Shown one piece after another: positions 51,800-64,000 of a stretch of DNA of 64,000 nt (the first letter of the stretch is position 1; each line of letters begins with the position of its first letter). Below the pieces are notes generated by a model. The model saw only the letters and a program-made list of their open reading frames with translations, searched no databases and had not been told where the DNA came from. Source of the stretch: Octopus vulgaris (taxonomy: Eukaryota); the NCBI GenBank assembly GCA_951406725.2, contig OX597815.1:91822001-91886000 (forward strand), read 5' to 3'. A program made the position numbers and the translations under genes.

Positions 51800-53680
51800 G
51801 GGGCTGCATGCACTCCAACATTTCTTTGATCTTCAACCCAACCCCCAGCCTGACACATCTACACTCCTTCGTCTGGCCAAACTTGTCCTCTCACTCAACT
51901 GCTTCACGTTCATGGGCGATTTTTACCAGCAGGCCATGGGAATGAGAATGGACCCCACTATGTGAACCTGTTCATTGGCTACATTGAGACCCAAATATTC
52001 TCAAGTTTCACTGGTCCCACTCCTGAACTATATGGTCGTTATATTGACGACTGTATCGGTGCCCCCTCACGCCCCCACAAACCTCTAGATTCTTTCCTCT
52101 CTTTTATCAAACTTATCATCTTGCCTTCCACTTCTGCACTATTTCCAACACCTCAGTCGCCCTTTCCCAACATTTCAGTCAGCATTCATCACTCCACTCT
52201 CATCACCTCCATCCACTACAAATACACACTCACACTCATACCTCAACTTTTCCTCCTCCCACCCTAAACACACCAAGCTCTCCATCCCCTATTCCCAATT
52301 CCTCTGTCTACACAGGCTCTGCAGCGATGACCATGACTTGAAACTCAGTCTCAGCTCATGGCTCACCACTTCATCCTACGTGGATATCCCCTCACCACTA
52401 TCCACACCACCCTTACCAGGGCATGTTCCTTGGACCGTGCATCTGCTCTCTCCCTTGCACCCGCCGTCATCACCCGTCTCCCTTTTCCCCTTACCTACCA
52501 CCCCACCACCCAACCTCTCCAACGCACCATTCTCTAAGCCTTCCAGTGACTCCAGTCCTACTCCTCCACTTCGCACATCTTCCCTAACTGAACCCTCCCC
52601 TCCTTCAAATGAGCCCACAACATACAAGACCTCTTGGTCCATAGCTTCTTCCCTAACCCAATCCCCCAACCTGGCTCATTTCCCTGCTCCCGCCCACACT
52701 GCCGCACTTGCCCTTACCTTTCCAACACCACCCTCCTCACAGGCACCCATCATCGACCCTATCATATCACTGACTCCTTCACCTGCACTTCTAGCAACGT
52801 CATCTGCTGCATCTCTTGCTCTCTCTGTCCTTCTCTATAAATCAGTCAAATGGGATGCCATTTGGCTGACCGGTTTGCAGAACACCTCCGAAACATCTGA
52901 CTCAGCAACACCACCCCGGTCTCCTGCAATTTCCACTCTACCAGTCACTCTTTACTACACCTGTCTGTGTTCAGCTTGTCCTTGCACAGGGGCCATCCGG
53001 ACTCCTGTCTTCGCCATGAGCAGGGACTAATCTTCTCTCTTCACTCCTTTGTGCCACATGGGCTCAACTCTCCTCCCCTCTTCATCTAACCCTCCTCCTC
53101 TCTCCTCTCTTTCTCTCACACCTACTTCCTCCCAACCACCTCTCCTCTCTTGCTCTGGCACCTACTTCCTCTCTTCACTCCTATCCACCTTCTCCCTTCC
53201 ACCCTCTCCCTTCATCGTCCCTTGTTACCCCACCCCTACACATTCCAACCCCACCATCACTATACATCCCACCCCATCCCTTAGACCCCACCCTTGCTTT
53301 CCCCACTCTCGTCTCTCCCACATTCCAACACCACCACACCACCACATCACACACCACCATCCCACACACACTAGCACTGACCACTTCCCAGCACTTACAC
53401 CATCATCCACACACCTACACATGCACACACGTACACGTTAATGTCACCAGCCCCCTTCCACACACACATACATGTGCACCTTCGTTTTGGAATCACCACT
53501 ACTTTATTATCTCCCCTTCTTCCTAACTCTCCTGCGTGACCTCTCTGTCCAGTATTTGCTAGCCGCTAAACCTTTTCTATTTTCTCTCCCTATTTATTTC
53601 TATGTTCCTTTCTGTCAAAGAGCATAGGCTCAAAATGTAAAAGACTTTCTCACTTCCCGAGCATTAAACTAATACATCTG
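51800..53680 (+). mobile_element. Older, C-rich degenerate PLE (different Neptune-type family): RT 3' half, GIY-YIG, 3' UTR
   Basis: YVNLFIGYIETQIF, PELYGRYIDDCIG, GSFPCSRPHCRTCPY, FTCTSSNVICCISCSLCPSL. Confidence 0.85.
53608..53643 (+). ncRNA. Decayed hammerhead ribozyme at the 3' end of the old PLE
   Basis: cttt-ctgtcaa-a-gagc-atag-gctc-aaaat-gta-aaag. Stems I and II are intact; core changes are consistent with CpG decay. Confidence 0.55.
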
Positions 53681-53956
53681 TATATATATATATACACACA
53701 CACATATATATGTATATATGTATGTGTATGTATGTAATGGAATTAAAAGTGGGAGAGATCAGTGTTATGATAAAGTTTTATAGTTACCAATAACTACTTT
53801 GTATATTGAATACTCTCTCTTTCTCTATCTCTCTCTTTCATTTGTGTACCTAAATAAACTTTGTTTTGAATATGTGCATGTACATGCACATACACATGCA
53901 TACATATATATTTACACATACACACACATATATATATACATACACACACGTGTGTG

Positions 53957-53992
<36 letters not shown>

Positions 53993-54727
53993 TACATACA
54001 TGCAAATATATAAGATATATCATATATGTATATATACATATATTTGTACATGCATATATACACTTATGTATACATACACACACACACTCAACACATGGAC
54101 ACACATACACACACACTCACTCAGACATCCAAATTCTACTTACTTATTTCACCCCAATGTCATGGGATATAAGAAGCTACTAAGAAATGCAGATTCTTCC
54201 ATTAATGGTTTATACTAGTTCTATGAGATATTCCTGCTGTTCTACATAACTTCATTTCAGATATTACTGAATGTAGTCAGCAAAGATATCATGTCGCTTT
54301 GAGATAAAAATGTAAAGCAAAAAACATATACAAAAGTATTGAAACTTCTCATAAGAGAACAAATTCATTTAATCTGGATATATGTTATTACCATTCATTA
54401 TATCTTGGGCATTGTGATCCGAGATTAAATTAAATAGCTCTTCAGAATACAAGTAAAAAGTAAATTCTAAATTAATTATGAAAATGCTATAGTGTAATGA
54501 AGTAGGGGTGAGTAGTTTTAGAGTAAAGTTCGGTAAGTGCAGATATTTATATGACTTAGTAACTTTACATTGTATACTTACTTGCCTTGCAAGAAAACTA
54601 TTGTGGAAACATGGAAAATACCAGTTCTTTAGATTTTGCCATTTTTTTCTTGTGCATATTATTTAAATGCAATTTCTCTAGCTCATATTATGTGACTGTA
54701 TGTGTGTGTGCATGTGTGTGTTATCAT

Positions 54728-54964
54728 TTAAGACATTTTGATTTTGCTCCATGCAAACTTTCACAGACTTCTAACCGGAGCCTGTCACCTTCAGGCTTAG
54801 ATTATTGAATGGAGGGACACATGAAGTCCACAATGACTACAGGAAAATAGCCACCTTGGACTTCTTACATTCCTTCATTCGGTAATCTAAGCCTAAATAA
54901 AATAGGTTTCTGTTTGAAGCCTATGAAACTTTAAGTCACATGGAGCTGAATCAAACTGTTTTAA
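54728..54964. repeat. ~235-nt imperfect fold-back hairpin
   Basis: gctccatg/catggagc, aggcttagattattgaatggagg/ccttcattcggtaatctaagcct, gaagtcca/tggacttc. Confidence 0.85.
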
Positions 54965-55033
54965 GTAACAATACATGTAACTCATACTAAATATATTGAG
55001 TACCTTTTTCTCTTGTTTGTCTATTTACCCATG

Positions 55034-55071
<38 letters not shown>

Positions 55072-55100
55072 GATAGATAGATAGATAGATAGATAGATAT

Positions 55101-55237
55101 GGATCAAAACAGTCTGATTCAAACTCCTTGGTACTCTGAGTTTCAAGCGTGTCACTAGACTTTGGTCATTGGAGACTCCAATGGTCGAAGACTAGTGACA
55201 TGCTTGAAACTCAGAGGAGTTTGAATCAAACTGATCC
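55101..55237. repeat. ~137-nt near-perfect hairpin
   Basis: tgattcaaactcc..tctgagtttcaagcgtgtcactag.ctttggtcattgga-gac-tccaatggtcgaag.ctagtgacatgcttgaaactcaga-ggagtttgaatca. Confidence 0.93.
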
Positions 55238-55286
55238 ACATATGTAACTCCTAATAGATGTGTTGAGTGCCCTTGTTTCATTTGTG

Positions 55287-55349
<63 letters not shown>

Positions 55350-57663
55350 TCATTGTCCTCAGTTAACATCCATGTTCCATGCTGGAATGGATTGGATGGT
55401 TTGATGAGAATCTGAAGAAGTGCATAGGGCTCCAGTATCTGCTTTGATATGGCTTTTATGATTGTATACCTTTCCTAATGCCAACCACTGTACGGTGTGT
55501 ACTGGGTGCTTTTTTTAATACCAACAGCACTATTAAGGTTACCATGTAGCTCACAAGTAACAAACACCAGGGGGGAGAATGTTGCACCCATATGTTAGAT
55601 GGGGTTAACATATGAGGGAAGAAGTTGGGGTAGAGCAGGTTCTTGTTGCAGAGTTGTTACACGACGACTCACATTTAAAAGAGAGAGAGAGAGAGAGAGA
55701 GAATAAATTAGAGGTATTTCCAAGGAGATAGACAGTGAAGTATTCAAGTGGCACCTCACGTAGGAAGAGCAATGGTGAGTAGAGTAGTGGGGGTTTGCAT
55801 GAGTGCAGGAGGAAAGAGATAAGAGAAGTGAGAGATGGCAGTAGGGAACATCTGTACAGATTGGGGAAGAGGATGTATGAGTATCACCATTAGCAGCACA
55901 ATCATCATTTTCCATTCATTTTTCTAGGCTTGCAATGGCTGAAAATATTGCTCAAACTGAGCTGGTCCTTATTCAGAGTTACTGTCCTTACAGATGGGTC
56001 AAAGGCCATAAGTTATTTATGTTGCATTTTTAGAATGCTATGGCTGCTGCCTTCATAGAGTGCATCAGTGCCAGAGAGACTAAAGATTCTTCTGGCAAGA
56101 CTAAAGATTCCTCTCTATCCTACATAATCTCTATTCATTCATAAACCATTTTACAGAGTGTACTAGATATATTTTATTATGGCACCAGAACTATTGTCTT
56201 CTCACTAGTAAGATAAAAATTGTCCTTTCTACCCAACATAATTCCAGTTCATTTGCTTACCAGAATGAGCAGGTCTTCTCATCTGAACAGAGAGAGTATC
56301 AGAACAAAAGGTTAATAGAAAAGAGAGTAAAAGAAGAAAGAAAGAGAGAGAGTGTGTGACTGGCAGCTATATGGTGATTACTGGCAACGAGATTCAGTAG
56401 AAACAACATGGGGAAACAGAGAGAGTTATAGAAAGGAGATAAAGTAATAGAAGAGAAAGTAATGTGAGAATAATGGGAGACAGTGACAAATATCAACAAT
56501 AAGCAATAGAGAGAAGTAGTTGTGAAAGAGTGAAGGATAACAATTAAGATGGATCATCATATGAGAGTGTGAGTGCTGGTGTCAGTAATGAGTTATAGGA
56601 GAGGTAGTAATGAGATAAAAAGTGATGGTTAAAAAGCAAAAAAAGCAGTGATAGTGCAAAGAAGATTTGAATACAAGCATTTTGAATGCAAAGGCATTCC
56701 TCATTAGACAGGCAGCATGATAGAAGAGAGACAGTGAGGGTGGGAAGGTACATTAATGAGAGAAGAGTGAGTAATGGATAAGAGAGAAACAAAGAGAAAG
56801 GGAGGACATTTTACAGAATTTTAATAATGGTTGGAGAAAACCAAAATGTAAAAATTACAAATCTAAATAGTGTCTCTGTGGATGGTTAAAGAAGCTGTTG
56901 TGAGTACCTTCAGCAAGTACCTTCTGTTATAGTCTTAACCAATGCTTTGTGAATGAAACAGGTAAAGAGAAACTGAATTGAAGCTTGTCAGATAACTGTG
57001 GGTGTACGTATATGTGTACATGTGTGTGTATACGTATCTCCATATGATTTGTATTAACATCACTTGGGTATTGATGACATATTGTTTATGTTCTGCATAA
57101 ATAATATATCCCAGAGTTCAATATGTGAAGGCATATGAAATAAAGTAACTTACCTGAAAACTAGTAATGGTGGCCATATAGTACTCTCACTTTCTCATGA
57201 TGTATTGTCTAATCCATGTCAGAATGAGAAAAGTGGATATAAAAAAACCATGACGACAGTAATGGCAAAAGCAGAGTCAACTGTGGTTAGGGACTGAGAG
57301 ATAGTGGTGGTTGTGGTATCCTTATTTTGAAGTCTCTTTTCCGAGATGTCTTGAGTTCAACAAGTGTCACAGTGTCTAGATCTTTATCAAGGTCCTTTGT
57401 CACCCAGCAAACATTGCAATAGAGAAAAATCAACCATCTTTGTTGTGTGTTTCATATTTTTGAAATGTCTATATTGATAGGGACACTATCATCAAGAACT
57501 TTACATTGTAGGAAGGTGTGTTGTGTTGTTACAGATACTGGACAGCATAGACTTTTATGAATGCATGCACACACATAGACACACTCTACACTTACACACT
57601 CACATACATCTATATGTGTATACATGCACATGGAGACTCACATATTTACAGATACATGCATAC

Positions 57664-57727
<64 letters not shown>

Positions 57728-58699
57728 AGGCAAATAAGTTTACCATGACCCTATTGATTCCCAAGGCCAGAGCTTAATCTGCTTCATATAACATACAAGT
57801 GACTAAGAGAGTATAGTACTACTCCACTGGACAGACTGCCATTCATCTCAGAGTTCATTCCTCCCAGCAATTGCTGATGCTCGTATTCAGGTGACCAGAC
57901 TGGAGAAACAAGAAATGAAGTGTTTTGCTCAAAAGCATAATATATTGCCCAATTTGGGAATCAAAACAATAAATTTATGATTGTGAGTCTAACATCTTAA
58001 ACACTAAGCTACACACACACACACATGCATGTGCATGCATGGACACACTCTTCATTTTTTATTTGTTTTGTAAAAATTTTAATGTGAAATTGTGTTTTGA
58101 AGCAGATACTGTTGTACTTTGGTGGGGGTGGTCAAACTGCCAATAAGAAACATGCATTGGCTGTATTTCACTTCAGTTTTCTTATGAGTTAATTAGATGA
58201 TAATTAGTTAATTAAATTATTCAATTAAAAAAACTAATTGATTATTTGGTTTATCAGATTTCATTCATCACATCTTGTAACTTTATTGATGCACTTCCTC
58301 CATGCAGTCACTCACTCTGAGCTGTATATTTGTTTCTCAAAACCTATTGGTGAATGTTTTTATGTTCTAGTTATATATTTGTAGTAATATTTTGGTTAAT
58401 GTTCTAAAAAATATAGTGTTAAACAAACATTGCTATATGGGGTCATTATAACATAGCATAAATAGAAGCACAAGCTATTTTTAACAGTAATATGAACACA
58501 AATGAATGTAATAAGCATCACCAAATAATTGAAAAATCCAGAAACTCATTATCACACCTTCCAAAACATTTAATAACTTTAGATACCTTCACACAGTATG
58601 ATATTACATATTGTGATCTAAAAATGAAGATAAAATTAGAAATCAAGTTTAAGATCTAATGTCACTCTAAAATTATGGAACAGGTTAATCATCTTTACT

Positions 58700-59830
58700 C
58701 ATGAGTACACAAACCTACCCATCATTTATTCATTTTTGAAAAGCAACAGTTGAAATAGAACAGAAGATGCTACATCTGGGATGAAGGTTTAAGTTGTGGT
58801 TCTTCCTTATATATTGATTGCTTTTCAAAGAATATGTCTGACACCATCTGCATTTTCTTGACCTTTCTCTCACAAAGCACTTCCTGCTAACAAGACATCA
58901 TGTCCAGAATACTTCTTTCTGATTTTCTTCTGTTCTTCCATTTAAGGTCATTCACTCTAAACTGATTCATGACTTCTATGATTTGGTGAAGATGTCATTG
59001 AGGAATTTAGTAAAAAGAATTTTTTTCTGGTGTTAGCGGCTTTATTGTAGAGTTTTCAGTTTCATTCTGGGTGCATTACTGTTCTAGCTTTTGCAGCCCT
59101 TCACCAGATAAATTTTCACCATGATTCTATTAACTTCTCCAAATTTTCTGCATTGTCATTTTGCATTCTAACTTCATCAGCTTGTTTAAAGATGTCATTG
59201 ATTACTACTGATACGATTTCTTCATAAAATTCCTAGAAATCATTGCATGCCAAACTGCTGATGCAGTTCTTGCTTATTTCATCCAAGCATGCTTTGATAT
59301 AATCTATGGCCTTCTTGATATAGTAGTCCCTCAGAGATTGTTTGTCCTGGCTATTTGTTTCTTTGATATTTTGTTTGAAAGTGCAATGAAAGTTGTAGGC
59401 TTTGATATTAGAAATTACCTCCTGACCCATGGTTAAGATAAATTACTTCAAAGGAAAGTGGGCCTGAAGGCTGTTGAGATTTAGTGGTTAGCCTGGAGAT
59501 AATCAATCATCAACAATGCCTTATGTTCCTGGTATCTTTTCACTGTTAGACAAAAGTATAACACAAACCACTGCAGGAAAATCTCTATTGTCACCCAAGC
59601 CTTCCAAATCACAAGTTGATGCACTTTTGATATTCCCCTCGCTAGTCACTATTTCTTAATGTAAAGTAATTAATGGCTTTAATTTTGAGTTTTCTAAAGT
59701 GCTACCACTGCATAGTAGAGTTAAACAATTTTTTCTAGCCTTGAACCCAAGCACATTTTTCTTTGTTCCTAAGAGACAAACGTGAAGGTTGTCATTCTCT
59801 TTAAGAAAAGGCATGTGTTGTCTCCATTGA
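58700..59830 (-). pseudogene. Tigger/pogo (DDE_1, TIGD1-like) transposase fossil
   Basis: MGQEVISNIKAYNFHCTFKQ...SLRDY-YIKKAIDYIKACLDEISKNCI resembles the PMDQGVI..FKAYY..TF...I..AW.EV segment of Tigger transposases; aaggcttgggtgaca encodes KAWVT. Confidence 0.7.
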
Positions 59831-60359
59831 ATACATGTTGGAAAGGGTAACTGTTAATCTCAGTGATACCATTAACAGATTAGAGAAATTCATTAACCAC
59901 CGGACATACCAATACTGTAGAGGTTATGTTTCACTTGAATTTATCAAACCAACCTCCACTAACTGTATGACTATTTCAGCTAAAAGCTCTTTGAAGGTGC
60001 TGAGGAAATCTTCAATGAACTTTCAGCTGTTTGGACAAGTAGATTGTTTTCCACTTATGGTGGGTAAGAAATTGGGTAGAACTAATTCATGTGAGATTAT
60101 GGTGGGAAAGAAATATAGTTTCTTACCTACAACTATCAAATTAATCAAAAGCTGTCCCACTTAACTTAATGGCTCCAAGAAAAAAAACTGCTCTAGCAAA
60201 TTAGCATTAAACCGGGATACATGCATGTGTGTGCCTATGAGTACTTATATCTATGTGTGTTTATATACACTTATTTGTGTGTGTGTGTGTGTGTGACTGT
60301 GTGTAAGTATAGCTACTAGAATAAGAATCACGTGGGCAGAGTTCAGAGACCTATTACCT

Positions 60360-60775
60360 AAGTAGGTAACTCCTTCAAAGTGAAAGATAGATTGTATGAA
60401 GTCTTTGCACCGACTGCTATGCTACATGGCAGCAAAACATGGAGAGAACATGCAAAGGCTTGAAACAAATGAAGCCAGAATGCTCTGCTTGGATGTGCAA
60501 TGTCAATGTGCATGTATGACAGCGTAAATGTTTTAAGAGAAAAATTGGGTACAAGGGGCACCAAATGTAGTGTGCAAGAGAAAAGACTGCACTGCTATGG
60601 TTATGTAATGCATATGGATGAAGACAGCTGCAGATCTCTTATTGAGGAGAGAACCTGTGAGAGAGGTAGACTTAGGAAGACATAAGACAAAGTGGTAAGA
60701 AATGGTCTTCAGATGTCGAACTTCAAAGAGATGACAAGGAACTGAGATTTCTGGTGATTTACTGTGCTTTAGAAA
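60360..60775 (+). mobile_element. RTE-clade LINE 3' fragment
   Basis: AMLHGSKTW...VLREKLG...VQEKRLHCYGYVMHMDEDSC...RGRLRKT*DKVV. Confidence 0.75.
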
Positions 60776-61079
60776 ACATGTCAACTTAAGTAAAATCATT
60801 GCCACACACATAGGCATATCCTTTCCAGCCATGCTGTCCTCATACATAATCTGTCCACTATCAAAACTCCTCCACAACTTTTCTTTCCAACACCCATTGC
60901 AGGTCCCTCCACTCTCCTTCACATGCCTACACTCTCCATGCCCTCGCTTATCTACCATGGCCACCATCCCCACCACACCAATTTCTTTCACCATCACTTG
61001 CTACAAGCACCTCTTCCCCATCTCTAAACATCACCCCTCACACTCTCTTGCGAAACATCTCCCTCTATCCCCTCTGTAT

Positions 61080-61397
61080 GAAGGTGCATGGCTTAGTGGT
61101 TAGGGAATTCTGCTCACAATTGTATGGTCATGAGTTCAATTCTCAGCGACGTGTTGTGTCCTTGAGCAAGATACTTTATTTCATGTTGCTCCAGTCCACT
61201 CGGCTGGCAAAAATGAGTACTACCAGTATTTCAAAGTGCTGGCCTTCTCACACTCTGTGTCATGCTGAATCTCTCTGAGAACTATAAGGGTACACGTGTT
61301 TGTGGAGTGCTCAGCCACTTGGATGTTAATTTCATGAGCAAGCTATTCCATTGATCGTATCAGCTGAGTCCTTCATTGTCATAATTGACAGTGCTCT
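61080..61397 (+). mobile_element. tRNA-derived SINE
   Basis: tggcttagtggttaggg A box, gagttcaattc B box; tail shared with the 46597-46985 SINE. Confidence 0.85.
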
Positions 61398-62014
61398 AAT
61401 CCCCTCTGTACTACTAATATTCTCATACACACCATACTTTGTGGCCATGTCCACACACCATCTACTTATCTCTCTGTCTCTTTCTCTCCTTCTCTCCCTC
61501 CATCTCTCTCTGTCTGTCTCTCTCTCTCTATCTATCTAGCTAGCTACCTATCTGTCTATTTACCTATCTGTTTATCTATCTATCTATCTATCTATCTCTC
61601 CTTCTCTAACTTTTTCACTCCTTCCTCTTCTTTCTTTCCCTACAGAGGTAGCCAAGTATGTCCTGTATAGTAAGACACCTATCTCTATCCCCCTATTGTA
61701 CTTTAACCTCTCAGCCAGCACAAAGCCACCTCCCTTTGTATCACTCCCTCTCCAGCCAAGGGGTTTTGTCTTGCAAGTTATATGGTGCTGGTACCAAGTA
61801 AAAAGCACTCAGTCTGTAAAGAGGTTGGCATATTAGGAAGAGCATCCAGCCATTGAAACTATGCCAAAGCAGACAATAGACCTTGATTCAGTTCTCTGGT
61901 TTGCCAACTCCTGTCAAACCATCCAATCCATGCCAGCTTGGAAGATGGACATTAAATGATGATGAGGAGGATGACGACAATGATGGTATATATCTGTTGA
62001 TATCATAGTTGTTA

Positions 62015-62383
62015 CTGCTGTTGCTGTTGAGTGAACGGTCTTCATCCCAGAGCTCGCAAGATGGGAGAAGTCCAAAACGTGATCCTTTGCTTTTTGTAAG
62101 ACCCGCAGAAGAGAAAGCAGGTCAATCCCCGACACCGAGATGGATGAATGTGCATCCAGGCTCAGCGGTTGTGTAGGAAGTCGGGGACAAGAAACAGGAA
62201 GGAAGAGTGAGAGAAAGTTGGAGCAAAAGAGTACAACAGGGGTCGTCACCATCCCCTGCCGGAGCCTCGTGGACCTTTAGGTGTTTCGCTTAATAAACAC
62301 ACACAATGCCCAGTCTGGGAATCGAAACCACGATCATCCGACCACAAGTCCGCTGCCCTAACCACTGGGCCATTGCACCTCTA
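62015..62383 (-). mobile_element. tRNA-derived SINE; same head and body as 46597-46985 but a different tail
   Basis: gaggtgcaatggcccagtggttagggcagcggac...cacgaggctccggcaggg...cttcctgtttct, then an unrelated tail ending caacagcaacagcag. Confidence 0.88.
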
Positions 62384-62899
62384 CTGTTACTGCTGTTGCC
62401 AGTGTTGTTGTTTTTGTTGTATTTCTATTCTTCCAAGTGTTTTGTGGTTCTTCATTGGATTTTAACATCCTTATACACACATATCACCATCACCACCAGA
62501 CATGGTTGAGTGGATATAGAGTTTGCCTTCTTTCTACATGGTCTTGCATTCTATTTCACTGCATGGTATCTTAGGCAAATGCCTTCTAATGTAGCCTTAA
62601 GCTGACCAATTTCCTGTGAATGAAATCAGCATATAGCAATTGTATGGAAGTCTATTGTTTATATCTAAATATATCATCACCATCATTATCATTTTAATGT
62701 CCACTTTTCCATGCTCACATGGAGCAGACAGAATTTGTCGAGGCAGATTTTCTACAACCAGATGCTTTTCTGATTGCCAACCCTCACCTATTTCCGAGTA
62801 AGGTAATATTTTCCCATGACCAGGCATGTTTCCATGGAACATTGAAAAAGTAGGACACTGCCTGCATGATGTTAGCACTTGTTTAGAAGCCCAAAATAA

Positions 62900-62932
<33 letters not shown>

Positions 62933-62984
62933 TACCCTCACACACACACACACACATACACGTAAACAACTATGCATGCACACA

Positions 62985-63022
<38 letters not shown>

Positions 63023-63268
63023 GGAGGCACATGGCTTAGTGGTTAGGGTGTCAGCATCATGATCGTAAGATTGTTGTTTCGATTCCTGGACCAGGCGACA
63101 CATTGTGTTCTTGAGCAAAACACTTCATTTCACGTTGCTCCAGTCCACTCAGCTGGCAAAAATGAGTAACACTACAATGGACTGGCATCCCATCCAGCTG
63201 GGGAACACATACGCCATTGAAACCAGGAAACCGGGTCCATGAGCCTGGCAAGGCTTTAAAAGGGAACA
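63023..63268 (+). mobile_element. tRNA-derived SINE
   Basis: ggaggcacatggcttagtggttaggg...tttcgattcc; body as at 16512-16720. Confidence 0.85.
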
Positions 63269-64000
63269 TTTATTTTTTTATATATATATACAATGGCCTT
63301 CTTTCAGTCTCCTAAAATCTACCAAATCCACTCACAAAGCTTTTGCCAGCCTGCAGCTATAGCAGAAGACACTTGCTGAAGGTGCCGCACAAGGCAACTG
63401 ATCATGCAACCATGCGGTTAAGAAGCAAATTTCATATCACATAGCTATACCTGTGCCTATCTTACATACACACACACACATATATATACATATATATATA
63501 CACACACATACGTATATATACATATATATATGCACACACACACAGAGTTTATTATTACAGATATAAAAACAAGATTATTTCAAATATATTTATCATTAGA
63601 CTTCAAAAATAACTACCACACAGCATTGAGTGACTACAAGCATAAAGGTAGCGCATATATGAAACATCATCATTAATAAGATCACTGAATGTAATGAAAG
63701 GACTTTGACAAGCCAACTAATCAGTTAATTGATTAATGGAGTAATTAATTAACTAATCACTTGATTAATTCATAATGAAACAGAAGTCAAATACAATGAA
63801 TGCCTGTGTTTTATTGACTGTAAGACACTCCCAAAGTACATCTATATATTCATCATCATCATTATTATTGCTTTAATCTCTACTTTTCCATGCTTGCATG
63901 GGTTAGCTGAAAGTATATTGGGGAAGAGTTTTCTACGATTGAATGCCCTTCCTGATGCAGATGTCCCCTTGTTTACAATTAAGATAATAATATCACATTT

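Noticed and set aside
52338-53441. Long Pro/Ser-rich ORFs (230 aa, 130 aa)
   Set aside because: Off-frame readings of the C-rich degenerate PLE and its 3' UTR.

Overview
AT-rich, microsatellite-dense eukaryotic DNA made almost entirely of transposable elements. It is most likely cephalopod (Octopus-like), inferred from the SINE types and simple-repeat load. No host protein-coding gene can be supported. Main content: three related Penelope-like elements (PLEs; RT plus C-terminal GIY-YIG, Neptune-type Cys linker), two of them head-to-head; an older unrelated PLE; a nearly intact CR1/L2-group LINE and an ancient relative present twice in a 2.6 kb direct duplication; a full-length Tx1/L1-clade LINE nested in a Helitron-like element; RTE and Tigger/pogo fossils; and many tRNA-derived SINEs. 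Best candidate for a new system: the young PLE family appears to have two ORFs joined by a -1 frameshift at an HIV-like U-UUU-UUA-GGG site. It also carries hammerhead ribozymes on both strands: a minimal sense one, and an antisense one with a ~70 nt stem II inside a tandemly amplified, promoter-like unit. All three copies share an amber stop in RT and sit next to pieces of a long inverted-repeat family that brackets a ~16.5 kb composite. All calls were made by eye; boundaries are approximate.
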